Below, in pieces: positions 1 through 13,010 of a DNA stretch of 64,000 bases; within the stretch, counting starts at the first letter, position 1, and the number at the start of each line of letters is the position of its first letter. The stretch comes from Vicugna vicugna (taxonomy: Eukaryota): contig MU057713.1 in the NCBI GenBank assembly GCA_013265495.1, positions 4,757 through 68,756 on the forward strand, written 5' to 3'. The position numbers and the translations under genes are program-made. The notes under the pieces are model-generated. The model did not search any database, was not told where the DNA came from, and worked only from the letters and a program-made list of their open reading frames with translations.

Positions 1-214
1 TAAAAATACCTGTTAGTGAATTAATGGCTCCCTCCTTATTGCTCACCCCTAATAAAACTGTTTTCTACTTTCAAATCTATTCTAGTCTCTGTCCCTCCCA
101 AGGATTCAAAACATTATTTTTCTCTATTTTACTTGCCCTTTGAATTTTCTCAGAGCCCCATGATACAGCTTTTCAATGGCATGTAAACCAATACCCTACT
201 ATTTACTACTACTG

Positions 215-400
215 AGGTGAGAATTCTGGCTCTGTCGTTTACTGTTATGTGACATTGGGGAAATTGCTTAACCCCTCCATATCCCAGTTCTCTTATTAGG
301 GTATCTGTAATAATACAGATCTCCAGTAAGGTTAAGTAATACACTCAAGTGTTTCGAAAGACCTCTTGGCCCAGAGTAAACACTCAAGGGACGGCAGCCA
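215..400 (+). mobile_element. MIR SINE (ancient)
   Basis: MIR core-like text: tctggctctgtcgtttactgttatgtgacattggggaaattgcttaacccctc. Confidence 0.65.
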
Positions 401-1439
401 TTTTATTCACATTGCCTATTCATCCAACTTTGATCCCAGCTATTCATTTTCACCCTCCCTTTGTCAAGACTGCGGTGCCCTGGAAGAGTCACACGTCTCC
501 ACCAATTAAATAGCCTGTATTATGAGTTTGCTATCTTTTGAGCTCTCAATATCCAGAAACACCAAGATTTAGCTGGGATCCTTCCTACTCTCCCTGGAGA
601 TGCCAAACTGAAGTTTGTCTCCTGTATGCTCAGCAGATGAACCTGACCTGCTTGAGACGTATGTGCCTTTCCTTCAGCCCAGAGGCTCCTGGCATTGTTT
701 TCCTCAGCCTCACTTTTAAATTTCTCTCCAGTTTCACTCGTCTTTGTTTCTGTATTTGACAAAAGGTTATTCCTCTCACATGAACCCTCCCACTTAATAT
801 TCCCAACCCCCCGCCTCCCGTTTCTTCTTCCTCTGGGATGTTCATCTGTCCCTCCCTTCATCAATTTCTCCTTCCCTGTTGACTCCTTGCACTCAGCCTA
901 TAAACCTTTCTGGCTTCTCGTGTCAGAAAACAGATTTTCACTTAGTCTGCCATGAAGGCTGTTCTTTCACATTCCTTACAAACACGTAATTCCAGGCGGA
1001 AAAAAGTGATTTACACATAATGCCTCTACACCTTCCTCTCGTATTTATCATCTATACCAGCCAGCCCCAAACTCTTTTACATCAAATATAACTTTTTATT
1101 ATTTTCTGTCAACATGATTTTCACACCATTGCGGAACAAACTTTTGACATCTTTCACAATTAAGGAACCACCACTGAGTAAATATTATGTACAAGATAAT
1201 GTGATAAGCACTTTACACATATTAACTCACTGAATCTTCACAACAACCCTGAGAAGTAAGTTATTTCATTTTATGAATCAAAACACTGAGACTTAGTTAA
1301 TTTCTCTCTCCTTTACCTGTTTATGATCTCGGGGTTATTAACTGTCTAAGTAGCCCAGGTACAGGCTGACACTCAACCGTGTGTTAATCAACCTCAATGA
1401 TTGTTCTTTGACTCATGGTCTAGCATCCTTCTGACACTG

Positions 1440-2120
1440 CTCTGTTGAACGTGACTGGAGACATAACCTCCAGTCGCCTCTTCACTGTTCACATCCCCTT
1501 AGAATTTCTATGGGATTTCATTGTGCTTATTCCTCATACATATTATCTTTCTTTCCATCTAGATATGAACACTCCTGCCTTCATCAATGCCCTTATTTTC
1601 ACTCCTACATTCTTACACCTCTCCCACCTCCCTCTCTCCCTTACAATGTATATAAACATACTCTAATTTCTTCCGTACTAAGAAAACGCAGTCTTTGAAT
1701 TCTGCCTCCCCTGCATAACCACAACCCTACTCTTTTTTATTCCCCTTTGAAATAGAAGTCTACATGTGCTATTTCCACTTACCAGTCTCTCATTGACTCT
1801 CCAACCCACTGAAACCTCAGTTCCACAGTAAGCGCTTCACTAAAACTGCTCTTCCCAAGACCGACAGTCTCTAAGGACAAATCTAATAAAACCTGCTCAG
1901 TTCTTCTCCCGCCTGGCCTTTCTGAATGTTTCGTTGGTGCTTTAAACTCATTAGGCTTAAAAAATGTTCTCATTGTTTCCACCTACCACTCAACTTGCTT
2001 TTTCTCTAGGTTTTTCTAATATTTAAATGTCGATTGCCCCATTTTAGTAGGCTCAGGACTTCAGTTCTCTTCTATATCTCCCTTAAATTCATCCCATCCT
2101 TCTACCCAGCTCCTCATTTC
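1440..2120 (+). mobile_element. L2 LINE fragments (ancient)
   Basis: Pyrimidine-rich L2-like text, e.g. cactaaaactgctcttcccaagaccgacagtctctaaggacaaatctaat. Confidence 0.55.
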
Positions 2121-2121
2121 A

Positions 2122-2286
2122 CTAGTGATTCTTAACCTTGGATGTGCATTAAATCACCTGAAGAGCTTTCTGAATATTTAAAAACTATTATTTGAAAAAA
2201 TACCTGTGCCCTGACTCCAATCCTAGGTCCATTCGGAGAGTCTCAGAGAGCAGGGCTGGGCATGGGTAATTTTACATCTTCAAGTA
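2122..2286. mobile_element. hAT-Charlie MITE (MER5-like), truncated by the gap
   Basis: agtgattcttaaccttggatgtgcattaaatcacctgaagagcttt...gggctggggcatgggtaatttta resembles MER5. Confidence 0.55.
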
Positions 2287-2438
2287 NNNNNNNNNNNNNN
2301 NNNNNNNNNNNNNNNNNNNNNNNNNNNNNNNNNNNNNNNNNNNNNNNNNNNNNNNNNNNNNNNNNNNNNNNNNNNNNNNNNNNNNNNNNNNNNNNNNNNN
2401 NNNNNNNNNNNNNNNNNNNNNNNNNNNNNNNNNNNNNN
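2287..2438. other. Assembly gap (152 N)
   Basis: Run of N. Confidence 1.
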
Positions 2439-2716
2439 AAAATCTGGAAAAAAAAAACTGTGTCCTGCCTGCTCACATAACTTCTAGGAGAAAGTTCAGT
2501 CACTTTGTATAACCGATAAGACCTTCAAGAAAAATGTTTGACACAGTGCATACCATTTAGTAATTTGAAATGCAATGAAGTAAGATTTGAAAAAAATCAG
2601 AACAAATATGAAATACTTAAGCCTTCTGTGTACCCACTTTTCATTGGTTATACAGTGCCCTGCACATATAGGGCATTGAAAAAATATCTACTGAACTCAT
2701 TTTAAAGGCCTTTTTT

Positions 2717-3360
2717 AAAAAACTGATATACAGTCAGTTACATTGTGTCAGTTTCTGGTGTGCAGCACAATGTCCCACTTATGCATATACATACATATGT
2801 TCGTTTTCATATTCTTTTTCATTAAGTTATTTCAAGATATTGAACAAAGTTCCCTGTGCTATACAGAAGAAATTTATCTATTTTTATGTATAGTTGGCAA
2901 CATTTGTAAATCTCAATCTCTCAAATTTATCCCTTCCCACTCACTTTCCCCAATAACCACAAGCTTGTTTACTATGACTTCAAGTCTGTTTCTGTTTTGT
3001 AGATGAGTTCATAGTATCCTTTTTTCTTTTTTAAGATTCCATATGTCAGCGATATCATATGGTATCTTTCTTTCTCTTTCTAGCTTACTTAGAATGATGA
3101 TCTCTAGGTCTATCCATGTTGCTGCAAATGTAATTTTATTCTTTTTTATGGCTGAGTAGTATTCCATTGTATAAATATACCACAACTTCTTTATCCAGCT
3201 ACCTGTTGATGGACATTTGGGTTGTTTCCATGTCTTGACTATTGTATACAGTGCTGTTATGAACATTGGGGTGCATGTATCTTTTTGAATTAAAGTTCCC
3301 TCTGGATATATACCCAGAAGTGGGATTTTTGGATCATATGGTAAGTCTATTTTTAGGTTT
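2717..3360 (-). mobile_element. L1 LINE 3' end (5'-truncated), copy A
   Basis: ORF 3009-3266 gives the ORF2p C-terminus (MFITALYTIVKTWKQPKCPS...WYIYTMEYYSAIK), followed by L1 3' UTR. Confidence 0.9.
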
Positions 3361-4728
3361 TTATTTTAAATTTTGTTTTACTGAATTATAGTCAGTTTAC
3401 AATGTTCTGTCAATTTTCAGTGTAGAGCAAAATTTTTCAGTGATACATAAACATACATATATTCACTGTCACATTCTTTTTCACGACAAGATACCACAAG
3501 ATCTTGTATATATTTCCCTGTGCTATACAGTATAAACTTGTTTATCTATTCTATATATACCTGTCACTATCCACAATTTTCAAACTCCCAGTCTGTCCCT
3601 TCCCACCCCCCTCCCTCTAGCAACCACAAGTTTGTATTCTATGTCTATGAATCTGTTTCTGTTTTATATTTAAGTTCATTTGTTGTCATCTTTTTTTTTT
3701 TTTAGATTCCACATATGAGTGATAGCATATGGTATTTTTCTTTCTTTATGGCTTACTTCACTTAGGATGACATTCTCCAGGGACATCCATGATGCTGCAA
3801 ATGGCATTATGTTGTCATCTTTATTGCTGAATAGTATTCCATTATATAAATATACCAGCTTTTCTTTATCCAGTCATCTGTTGATGGGCATTTAGGCTGT
3901 TTCCATGTCTTGGCTATTGTAAACAGTGCTGCTATGAACATTGGGGTGCAGGTGTATTTTTGAAGTAGGATTCCTTCTGGGTATATGCCCAGGAGTGGGA
4001 TTCCTGGGTCATATGGTAAGTCTATTCCTGGTCTTTTGAGGACTCTCCATGCTGTTTTCCTGCATTCCTGCATTCCTACCAGCAGTGTAGGAGGGTTCCC
4101 TTTTCTCCACAGCCTCTCCAGCATTTGTCATTTGTGGACTTTTGAATGATGGCCATTCTGACTGGTGTGAAGTGCTACCTCATTGGAGTTTTGATTTGCA
4201 TTTCTCTGATAATTAGTGATATTGAGCATTTTTTCATTTGCCTGTTGGCCATTTGTATGTCTTCACTGGAGAATTGCTTCTTTAGGTCCTCTGCCCATTT
4301 TTGGATTGGGTTGTTTGTGTTTTGTCAAGGTGTATGAGCTATTTATATATTCTGGAAATTAAGCCTTTGTCTGTTGCATCATTTGTAAATACCTCCCATT
4401 CCTAGGTTGTCATTTTGTTTTGCTTATGGTTTCTTTTCCTATGCAAAATCTTATGAGTTAATTCGGTCCTATTTATTTTGCTCTTGTTTCTACTGTCTGG
4501 GTAGACTGCCCTAGGAAGGCATTCCTAAGATGTATGACAGATGTTTTGCCTGTGTTTTCTTCTAGGAGATTTATCATGTCTTGTCTTATATTTAAGTCTT
4601 AAGCCATTTTGAGTTTATTTTTGTGTATGGAGTGAGGGAGTGTTCTAACTTCATTGATTTACATGCTGCTATCCAGTTTTCCCAACACCACTTGCTGAAG
4701 AGAGTCTTTTCTCCATTGTATATTCTTG
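3361..4728 (-). mobile_element. L1 LINE 3' end (5'-truncated), copy B, abutting copy A
   Basis: ORF 3807-4124 gives the ORF2p C-terminus ([15 protein letters not shown]...TPMFIAALFTIAKTWKQPKCPS). It has its own T-rich tail at ~3361-3380. Confidence 0.92.
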
Positions 4729-5689
4729 TAAAGGCCATTTTTAAGGCTCAACTTCAGCTAAAATTCAATCTAGCCAAATATGTTTGTGCCTGGTAGGAAT
4801 TCAGTGAGTCACTTGGGTGCCAGATAATTGAAATGTCTACATTACTTTCGTCTCACACAGCGCAAGTGAAAGCAATGAAGAAATCTGCTACCTGTATTAT
4901 TATTTTTTAAAGCATTCTATATACAAAACAAAAGATAAGAAAGGGAAAGATAAAGCAGGGGAAGGGAGGGTGAGAAAGGAGAGGAAAGCAGATAGACAGA
5001 TAGGCAGATAGACAAACTCTTACCTCGATAATAGTAACTTCTACTCTGTGTTCTCTGTGTGGGTGCAGGGAACAGGAGATGCCTGGTGTATGTCTCCCCA
5101 ACTTTTCAGCTTCTCTAAGCAGAGTGTCTTCAATCACTCTAATTCTTTCCACTTAAGCGGGTCAAAAGCAGAAAGGGCTGGATGATGAAAAAATACTATT
5201 TGATATCTTCACATATATTGCTCTTTCAGATGGATGTATGACCGTGAATTGAGAAAATGATCAAAACTTTTAAGAGATCTCATCCCATTTAATCACTGTA
5301 CGTTTAGCCATTGTGTATTATCAAAAGTCACAACCCACTTGTACAGCACCATGTAGCAGCGCAGGCCTTACTGAGGAAACGCAAGAAGGACCCAAGTCTT
5401 TTTAAAATTCAACCATAGGTGCAGATTCTCGCACCTCTTCATACCCATTAATGCTAATTCCAAAGTTGAAATCTTATATGGTCCTGTCTGATGTGAAAAT
5501 TGGAAGTTTCCATTATGTTAAGGCAACAAGAATGTATAAAAATAAAATAAAGCTATAGGATGTTATTCCATAAATAGAGAACTTCAAAATCACCACAAAT
5601 CACAGTCACTTGGCCCATATTCTCATACTATATTCTGTGTTATGACATACTAGGGTAGGTGTTTACCAAATTAATTAAACATAAGATCA

Positions 5690-5900
5690 CACATACACAA
5701 ATTCACACAAAGTGCATGTGAAACTAGTGAAATCTGAATAAGGTCTGTATTTGAGTGAACAGTATTGTACCAATGTCAATCTCTTGGTTTTGTAAAATGT
5801 TATCACTGGGGAATGATGAGGTCAGGGTACACAGAAGTCCTCTAAGCTATTTTCATAACTTTATGTAAAACTTTCACTATTTAAAAATTAAAGCTGTTTC
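5690..5900 (+). mobile_element. Old L1 (L1MC-like) 3' end
   Basis: aagtgcatgtgaaactagtgaaatctgaataaggtctgt...gtattgtaccaatgtcaatctcttggtttt matches L1MC-type 3' UTR. Confidence 0.65.
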
Positions 5901-5960
5901 AAATAATTTTTAAAGGCTAAATCATAGCCATATTTGATATTTTCATTAACATTTCAATGT

Positions 5961-6197
5961 ATGGTTCACCCTTGAACAACTCTGGGGTCAGGGGCGCTGA
6001 CCTGCCTCCGTGCAGTCAAAAATCTGCCTTTAACTTAGACTCCATCCTTGCCATATTCAGGTCCTCCATATCCCTGGTTCTACACCTGGGGATTCAGCCA
6101 ACCTCAGATTGTGTAGTAGTGTTATTTACTGTTGAAGAAAATATGTGTATAAGTGGACCCACGCCATTCAAACCTGTTGTTCAAGAGCCAACTTTAT
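5961..6197 (+). mobile_element. TcMar-Tigger MITE (MER8/Tigger2-derived)
   Basis: Terminal inverted repeats ...cccttgaacaac / gttgttcaagagccaact, about 235 bp. Confidence 0.8.
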
Positions 6198-6544
6198 AAT
6201 GAATTTCAAAGGAAACAATTATCTTTAACAATTTTTATAATAAAATGAGTTTTGTATACTGCTAGCAAAATTTTGCCAATTGTGTTCATAGTCAAGATGT
6301 AGGCAAGTGGCAAAAGTGTAAATATATCTATTACAATTGTTTCCTAGCAAAGAAGCAAGTCAAATATTGGAACCTTGTGTAGATGGCAAGAATTGCCATG
6401 GATTTTTATTAAAAGAAGATTGAAGAATTTGTCATAGCTTCTTAGCTTCTCCAAAAACTCAGAGGTTTTCCTGTGTAGTAACTAAAGTGCTCTTAAAATA
6501 AAACACTGGAAAACAGGTTTTCTGATTGTAACTCATGAAAAAGA

Positions 6545-8691
6545 GTCCATTTTATATTCCAATTTTATTCACCTTTTCTGAATCACAACATTAATCTACT
6601 GGGGATAATCTAGTTAGTATATTTGAAATTCCATTTATTTTTTCCTATTGATATGCATGTATTACACTTGAATATAATACAGAGTTTCCAGTGTTGTTTT
6701 AAAGGACATAGTTTAAAAAATGAGAGGCATGATCTATAATTTCAAACTAACCTAGGACAAATTCATAATTTCCAAAATAACATAGGTTTTCACTTTGTTC
6801 CAAAGAAACTAACGAGAATATCACCGATGCAGAAACTCCAGCACAACTGTTCCTCCTTTCTTCCGGAGTTCATATCATCTTGAACCATTGCGAAAACCAC
6901 TGAGCCATCTGACTTTATGCATAATTAAAATGGAAGGAAAAAGTCATTTCATTCCATGGAACTGTGGGGCAGTATACTTTCACTCACAGTCAAAAGCATA
7001 CTTTCCAAAATTTTTTAAGCAAATTTTACACTTTTATTCATTCTGCCAACAAAAGATTCTGAGTAATGTATTAGTCTTTCAAAGTTGTTACCAACTTCCC
7101 CCGGAGAGCTTTGGTCTGTATGTCAGCCTCCATCATGGAAATCGGCATATACCTAATTGGCCATGTCAGTGAGTTTTAAAAATATCAAAGATGTCCACAC
7201 TGTCTTTAACATAATGGAACTTCTAATAGGACAGTTTCTGAAGTATCTGCCTATCAGCCTAAAATGAGTAAAATACAGACGCCTCTCCCTTTAAATTCCT
7301 TCAAACTATACATTTGCACAATATTATTACAGAATGGCTATGCAATTTCCATTCTTCTCTCCTAGAACATCACAAAATGAAACAAAATAACAGTAGTATA
7401 AAATTATACATTCTGTGAATAACTTAGAAAAAAAGTACATACATGTTTAAGGCCTTTAAATATTTATAAGAGTCTCCTATAGAACTGAAAACCACAAATG
7501 TTAAAAGGACTACAAAAACGTGGACAAAAACTGACCAAAGAAAGTGTTTGAATGGGGCAACTTTAAGCAAATATTTATAAATTTGAGACCAAGGAAAAGA
7601 ACAATTTATTCTAGGAACAGACTGAACAAACAAATATATAGGCATTCAAACAGTCATTGGGATCAAGCAAGAGGCAGTCTTTTTAAAATGAGATAGAAAG
7701 GACAGTTTAAAAAAATACTGGAAGAAATCTAAAAGAGTAACTTTCAAGCTACGAAATCATAACCCACATGCATCCTTGGCAATTTGTTCAAACTGAAGGT
7801 TGCCTAAATTCCTGACTGCTCACTGCTGATTTCTGTGAAGGGGAAAAGTAAAGAGAAAAATGAAAGAAAAAGCCCACTTTAAAAAAAAAAGCAAACCTGA
7901 AAGGGAGAGTACTCTAGAGGTACCAAAGAGTCGTATATGATGGAAATGGTAATTCAGTTCTAACTACTACCTACGTAGCTGGCGGAGAGCTGCAGCAGCG
8001 TGTCAGCCTTGGGGAAACAGTCAGCTTGTCTACACATTCTTATATGATGGATGTAGTCAGATAACTATTACTTACCAACAGTAATTATTATCAATGTATA
8101 TATATTTCCATTCCTTTAACAAAAGCAACTTTAAGATGTTAAAACATATAGGCTTTCAGAGCTCCGAGATAAAGATACAAATCAAACCGTCCCAGTCTAC
8201 GCCATGCCAGAGGAGAAGTGCGCAAAGGAGATGTCACTGAGCCACGTGCAGTCCGCCAGCCAGTGAGCACAGGACCCAGCGGCAGGTCCGTGGCTGAAGG
8301 CCAGTGCACTTGGGAGACTTTCAGAAACAAGGAAAGCAGTCACATTTGGAGCCAAGAGCCCAAAAGGTAAGCATCTCTGACACTATCCGCAAACACCAAC
8401 TCTTCACCAACTCTCCACAGAGCAACTTCAAATTCTTTTAGCAAATCCAACTATACAAATTGAACACAGTTCAAATCTGAGGAGATCTCCATGATAGAGA
8501 AGTTCGTGTCTGACTTTAAAAAAGTCTGTTTCCAAGAAGCAGTTGATTATGAGCCATGAAATCCCCTGGAAACGATAGACTCCGGAGTGCCTCTTCTGAG
8601 CGGTATAAAAATCCTTCTCACCTCAGGAGTTACGTTTCTATGTATATGTTCGATGTAATCCGCCTTGAGGATCATTTGATTTTATTCTTGG
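6545..8691 (-). other. TAFA2: TAFA2 3' UTR (3' end approximate)
   Basis: Stretch after the stop codon with no recognisable repeats. Minus-strand AATAAA hexamers at 8686-8681, 7610-7605, 7038-7033, 6639-6634, 6569-6564 and 6410-6405. Interspersed repeats resume below ~6200. The site actually used cannot be read from sequence. Confidence 0.6.
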
Positions 8692-8703
8692 TTAATGGGT
8701 TAC
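8692..8703 (-). CDS. TAFA2: TAFA2 last exon, coding part: GTA ACC CAT TAA = V-T-H-stop
   Basis: Strong acceptor ttcttcttcttttgtag| (AG at 8705-8704). Phase 0 matches the donor at 41737 and gives the known TAFA2 C-terminus ...KTTRVTH. Confidence 0.92.
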   Translation of the reverse strand, partial: VTH

Positions 8704-11700
8704 CTACAAAAGAAGAAGAACATATAATCGTAACAGCTATCAGCTTAAAACTCTTACACAAGTGAGTATTAATAGGTAGCTTAAAATGCGGGTTATTTCC
8801 TACAGCAAATAAACTACTGAATTCTAGACGACTACCATATTCAGGTATTTTTAGCTTATTAAAATATACTATTTTCTCTGTCATTTTGTAATATAAAGGT
8901 ATTACACATTACATAAAAATATCATATAATTAAAATATGTAATGAAAGTATTACATAATTTAAAATATTATGTCTCTAAGAAGAGCCACTTGCACAATTA
9001 CCCAAATGACTCCAACTGTGACCAGGAAGATCTTAACTGGTGACGCTGTTACTTTCAAAACCACAGAATGATTCTGGAATCCCTGTTCTTCGCACAGGCC
9101 TGGTGGGCAAAACCCAGAGATCATACACATCATGCAGGAGTCAGTGAAGAAAGACCTTGGTTGCAGGAATACAGTCAGACCACAGCTTCAAGAAAGCCCT
9201 GGGGAATTAGCTCCACAAAATCCATTCCTGAAGTAATTTAAAAATTGAGTGTTTGACTCAATTACATTTCAGAAAATTAACTATTCATAAGGACAAACAA
9301 TATTTGGGAGAAAAACAAGGATCATACAATGTTTTACCAAATTTTAAAGGTGCCCAAAGTTTCTCATGAAATTGATTAGAGCAGTATTATTAATGCTATT
9401 ATAAATTTTATGGAGGCAGATTCACACTGGATTTTCATACCTACTCAAGTCCAAAGAATGTTTATATACAGGAGAGAAATAATGGCTAGGTAGAATACCT
9501 GACACATATATATAAATGTGTATCTTTATGCATGTGGAAGAAAGATGGTACAGAAAAAGACAGAGGTTTCTGCTGTGTCAATGAATTTCTGGTTATACCC
9601 TTGATATCACGGTACTCAGAGTTCCCTAACAGTTCTTTTCCAGCAATGATTATAACAAAACGTGCATTTTAAAAAATTATTGTGGATGCTTTGGTTTTAT
9701 TTCATTAAGTGACAGAGTTACTTTTCCTCTCATGAAACACTTGCCCAGAGACTTTTTTGTTTCATTTTTTGGCCCTTGTTTGATCAACTATGGAAAAGAG
9801 AAACCCTACAGAAAACAATGAAGCCAGCTCCAGCCTGTGCTCGGCCATGGCTCGTCTCCGGCTCCACTGCAAAAGGAAGGTGCAAAACTCAGTGTTTGTT
9901 CTGCGCGGAGGCAGCCATCCTGCTCGGGTGTCTTCGGTCAGTCGGTGCTCGGTCCCACGGAAGGAGCCTCTGCCTGCACACTTCCCCGCCCAGAGAAACG
10001 ACGGAAGGAATGGAACTGCAGATGGGAGGACACAAACACACGAAGGGCCTGCTGACCTCTAGAATTTCGGGGAGCGGGGGATAGCTTAGGGCAGCAATAC
10101 TGTGATCAGTTTGTCGGACGTTCAGTGGTCATTTTACACAAGTTGTGTGAAGGGCTCCCAGCCTGGGAGTCGGGGCAAGAAGACCGTGGGGAGGAAGTAC
10201 GAGTATTTCTACAGACATTCTGTCACAGGTTGCTAATGAAGATACCTGACCGCTGTGACAACTACGGGAGTGTTATTCTGATGATCAACTTTTCTTGACA
10301 AACATGGATTTAACGCAGTCTTTGATTTCCACTGGCTGAGAAAATACACTGCCTTTTCTAAAAAATTCTCTTTTGCAGGAATAATTATCAAACATAATAC
10401 GGGAACTAGTGCTTGAAATGACAGGAAAAAAAGAAGAGAAGAAATGGTTGAGCCTCAGGGAGGATTCAGCACAGGCAACTGGAGGGGCGTGCTGCAGGGT
10501 CTCCATGACGGCGAGGGACATGTCCTCTTGCGCCATCGCAAGCCCGGGTTCTAAGTTCTCTGCTGGTGAGTGCAGCGGGCGCATCCTTACATCTTCATTC
10601 CAGGGTAAGTACTTAATCCTGCTGGTTTATATAAAGCTGAGGAGTGATTCTCTCCAACTATTTATATTTAAAGCTTTAGCTTCACATCATTTTATAAATA
10701 GACATCAAATTAACAGGCTAATACCAAAGGCTGATGTACCTGGAATACATTTTCTTTGACCTCAGAGAAAACATGTAAGCATACATATAAACACACATAA
10801 TTATCCAATCCATATCCTCAAGAATATCGTAAATGTACACTTTTATTGTGCTGTGTTTTTATCCGCTAAAATAACTGCTAGAAAACCAAAATTTAAACAT
10901 GACTAAAAGACGTGATTGTCTAAATGAGCATGGATTGAAACATAACTTTTCCTTATTTTATACAATATTTCCTAGTTTCCTAGTTTGTTAATCCCAAAAA
11001 TATCCACATTTTATGAGATGAAGAGTAACGGACAATTTTATTTTTGATTTGATTTTGATCAGAGGACCACCGTGGTTCGGCATACAGGGTTCTGGATTTA
11101 GGTCAGTGTGGCAGTAATCCTGCTGACACTGGCTGTGTCATGCAACCTTGGGGCTCCTCGGCTTTCCCATATATAAAATGGGTACAATCCTGTTAGCCTC
11201 ACAGTCTTGCTGTGAGGATCAAATATTATATTCACGAAAGCCCGGCCTTGCCATCTCTGAAGTACTATAAAAATAAAAGTTTTAGAGTTGCGTTTAGTTT
11301 TTGTTTAATGGGTAAATCTTTAACAAGAAAACCACTAAAAGCAGAATGAGGTTCACACTAACATTCAGTCAAGTTAGAGGGCTACATTTAAGGAATTCAA
11401 ACAAAGGCTAAGTCATATTTTCAGTGCAGTATAAATATGAATGTATGTCTGCTCCCTCCCTGACAACCTCCAGATTTGTACCAAATGAAATAGCAAAGCC
11501 GAAGATTTAAGAATATATAGAAGATGATTCTAAATACAGGTACGTTATCACCAATTTTTATCACCTAATATGCAAGATGCAGATAACATTTTGAACTTAC
11601 TGTCTCAAATTTAACACAAAAAAGCCATTTTATGGTTTACGTGCTCATTAAGTCCAAGTGACTCATGTTTAAATTCTGACATGCTAATGAGGGGAAAGCA

Positions 11701-12784
11701 ATTGTCATTTTACCCTTTATAGATGACAGACTGGAACTTCCTGACACCAAAGAGTTGCTTAAATAATATACAATCCAACATTAAAAATTTTTGCTTTCAT
11801 TTAAAAATGAGTTGTTAATATACCATATTAAGCACTGCCTTATTTTTTGAACTTAAATATTACCCTTTTCTCTCATGCCCTACTGTTTGAACTTGTAAAA
11901 CTTACGTTCTAAGCAGGCTTTTCAGCAAGTTTTCAGTGACTAAAAGCAGGAGGTGGCAATAAAACCACTCTTACAGGATAGGAAATAGCATGTGCTACCA
12001 TGAATTCACTGTCTGCTGGGTCAGAGGGTGACAGACATAAAATACTGCATGAGGGAGAGAAATGGTCCTACCGTCATTACGGTTATGCCTTAAGCTTCAC
12101 ACACTATAATCACTATCCCCGTAAATCTGCCGTTCCAAAGGCAGGATTTTACACAGTGGTTCTTTTTTCATGCAAATTGCATTTGTGTGTGCTGCACATT
12201 CGCCAATTCAGTAAGTGAAGCTACTCAGCTGCTGAACACACACTATTATTATTATATTATTATTATTATTATTAATTATTTCTAGCCACAAGCACAAAAC
12301 CATCTTGGTAATGATCCACCAGATGAAGACACTAATCTGGTAATATTAAATAAAAAGCACTGAGTCTTTAAGATAAGAGCATCCATTCATTTCTCCCAGC
12401 CCAACAAACCTATTATAGGCCCCCAGAGAGATTTCTCAGTAACTTATGCTAATATTATGTTTTTTAGATCTGTCCACCAATTTAAATTGAGAAAAATAAA
12501 AGCAGGTAGAGGGCTTATATATTAAATCTGAAATGAAGTCAACAATGTTCTACTGTTTTCATTTTGTATTTTGAGCATCGTGTTGTATCCTTTGCCTATC
12601 TTCAAGGTAAGATGAGTTAGAGAAGTTAAAAGGGAAGGAAATTCAAGAATCTATTCTGTCCCCAAGTGTTAAAGACGCTTTTAGAAGAGTTCTTAAACGT
12701 GTTATATTCATGGAGACTATAGGCCTGTTTTTCCCCTGTTCAAGTCATGCTGACTAGGTTGCCAATGGAGACAACACACGATGG

Positions 12785-13010
12785 TGAGAGGCGCTGGTGA
12801 CAGTGTGGGCGCTGTAGACAAACGGCCTGGGTGCAGATCTCTGCCTTATCACTTTCTAACACTGTGGGGTTGGGGTTGAATAAACTATTTAACCTCCTTG
12901 AGCCCTAGTCTCCCCATGTGGAAATGGTATTATCAGCCCTCATACGGTCCCTATGGTGATTAAATCAGGTAATCCCTGCAATGTGTCTGTCCAGGCAAAT
13001 GCTTTTAAGA
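12785..13010 (+). mobile_element. MIR SINE
   Basis: ggcctgggtgcagatctctgccttatcacttt...aactatttaacctccttgagccctagtctccccatgtggaaatgg. Confidence 0.65.

Noticed and set aside
4907..5152. 81-aa minus-strand ORF containing donor GAG|GTAAGA at 5024/5023, downstream of TAFA2
   Set aside because: No convincing acceptor or homology, and the ORF tail is low-complexity sequence.
7109..7115. miR-9 7mer site (ACCAAAG on the minus strand) in the 3' UTR
   Set aside because: A single 7-mer in 2 kb is uninformative without conservation data.
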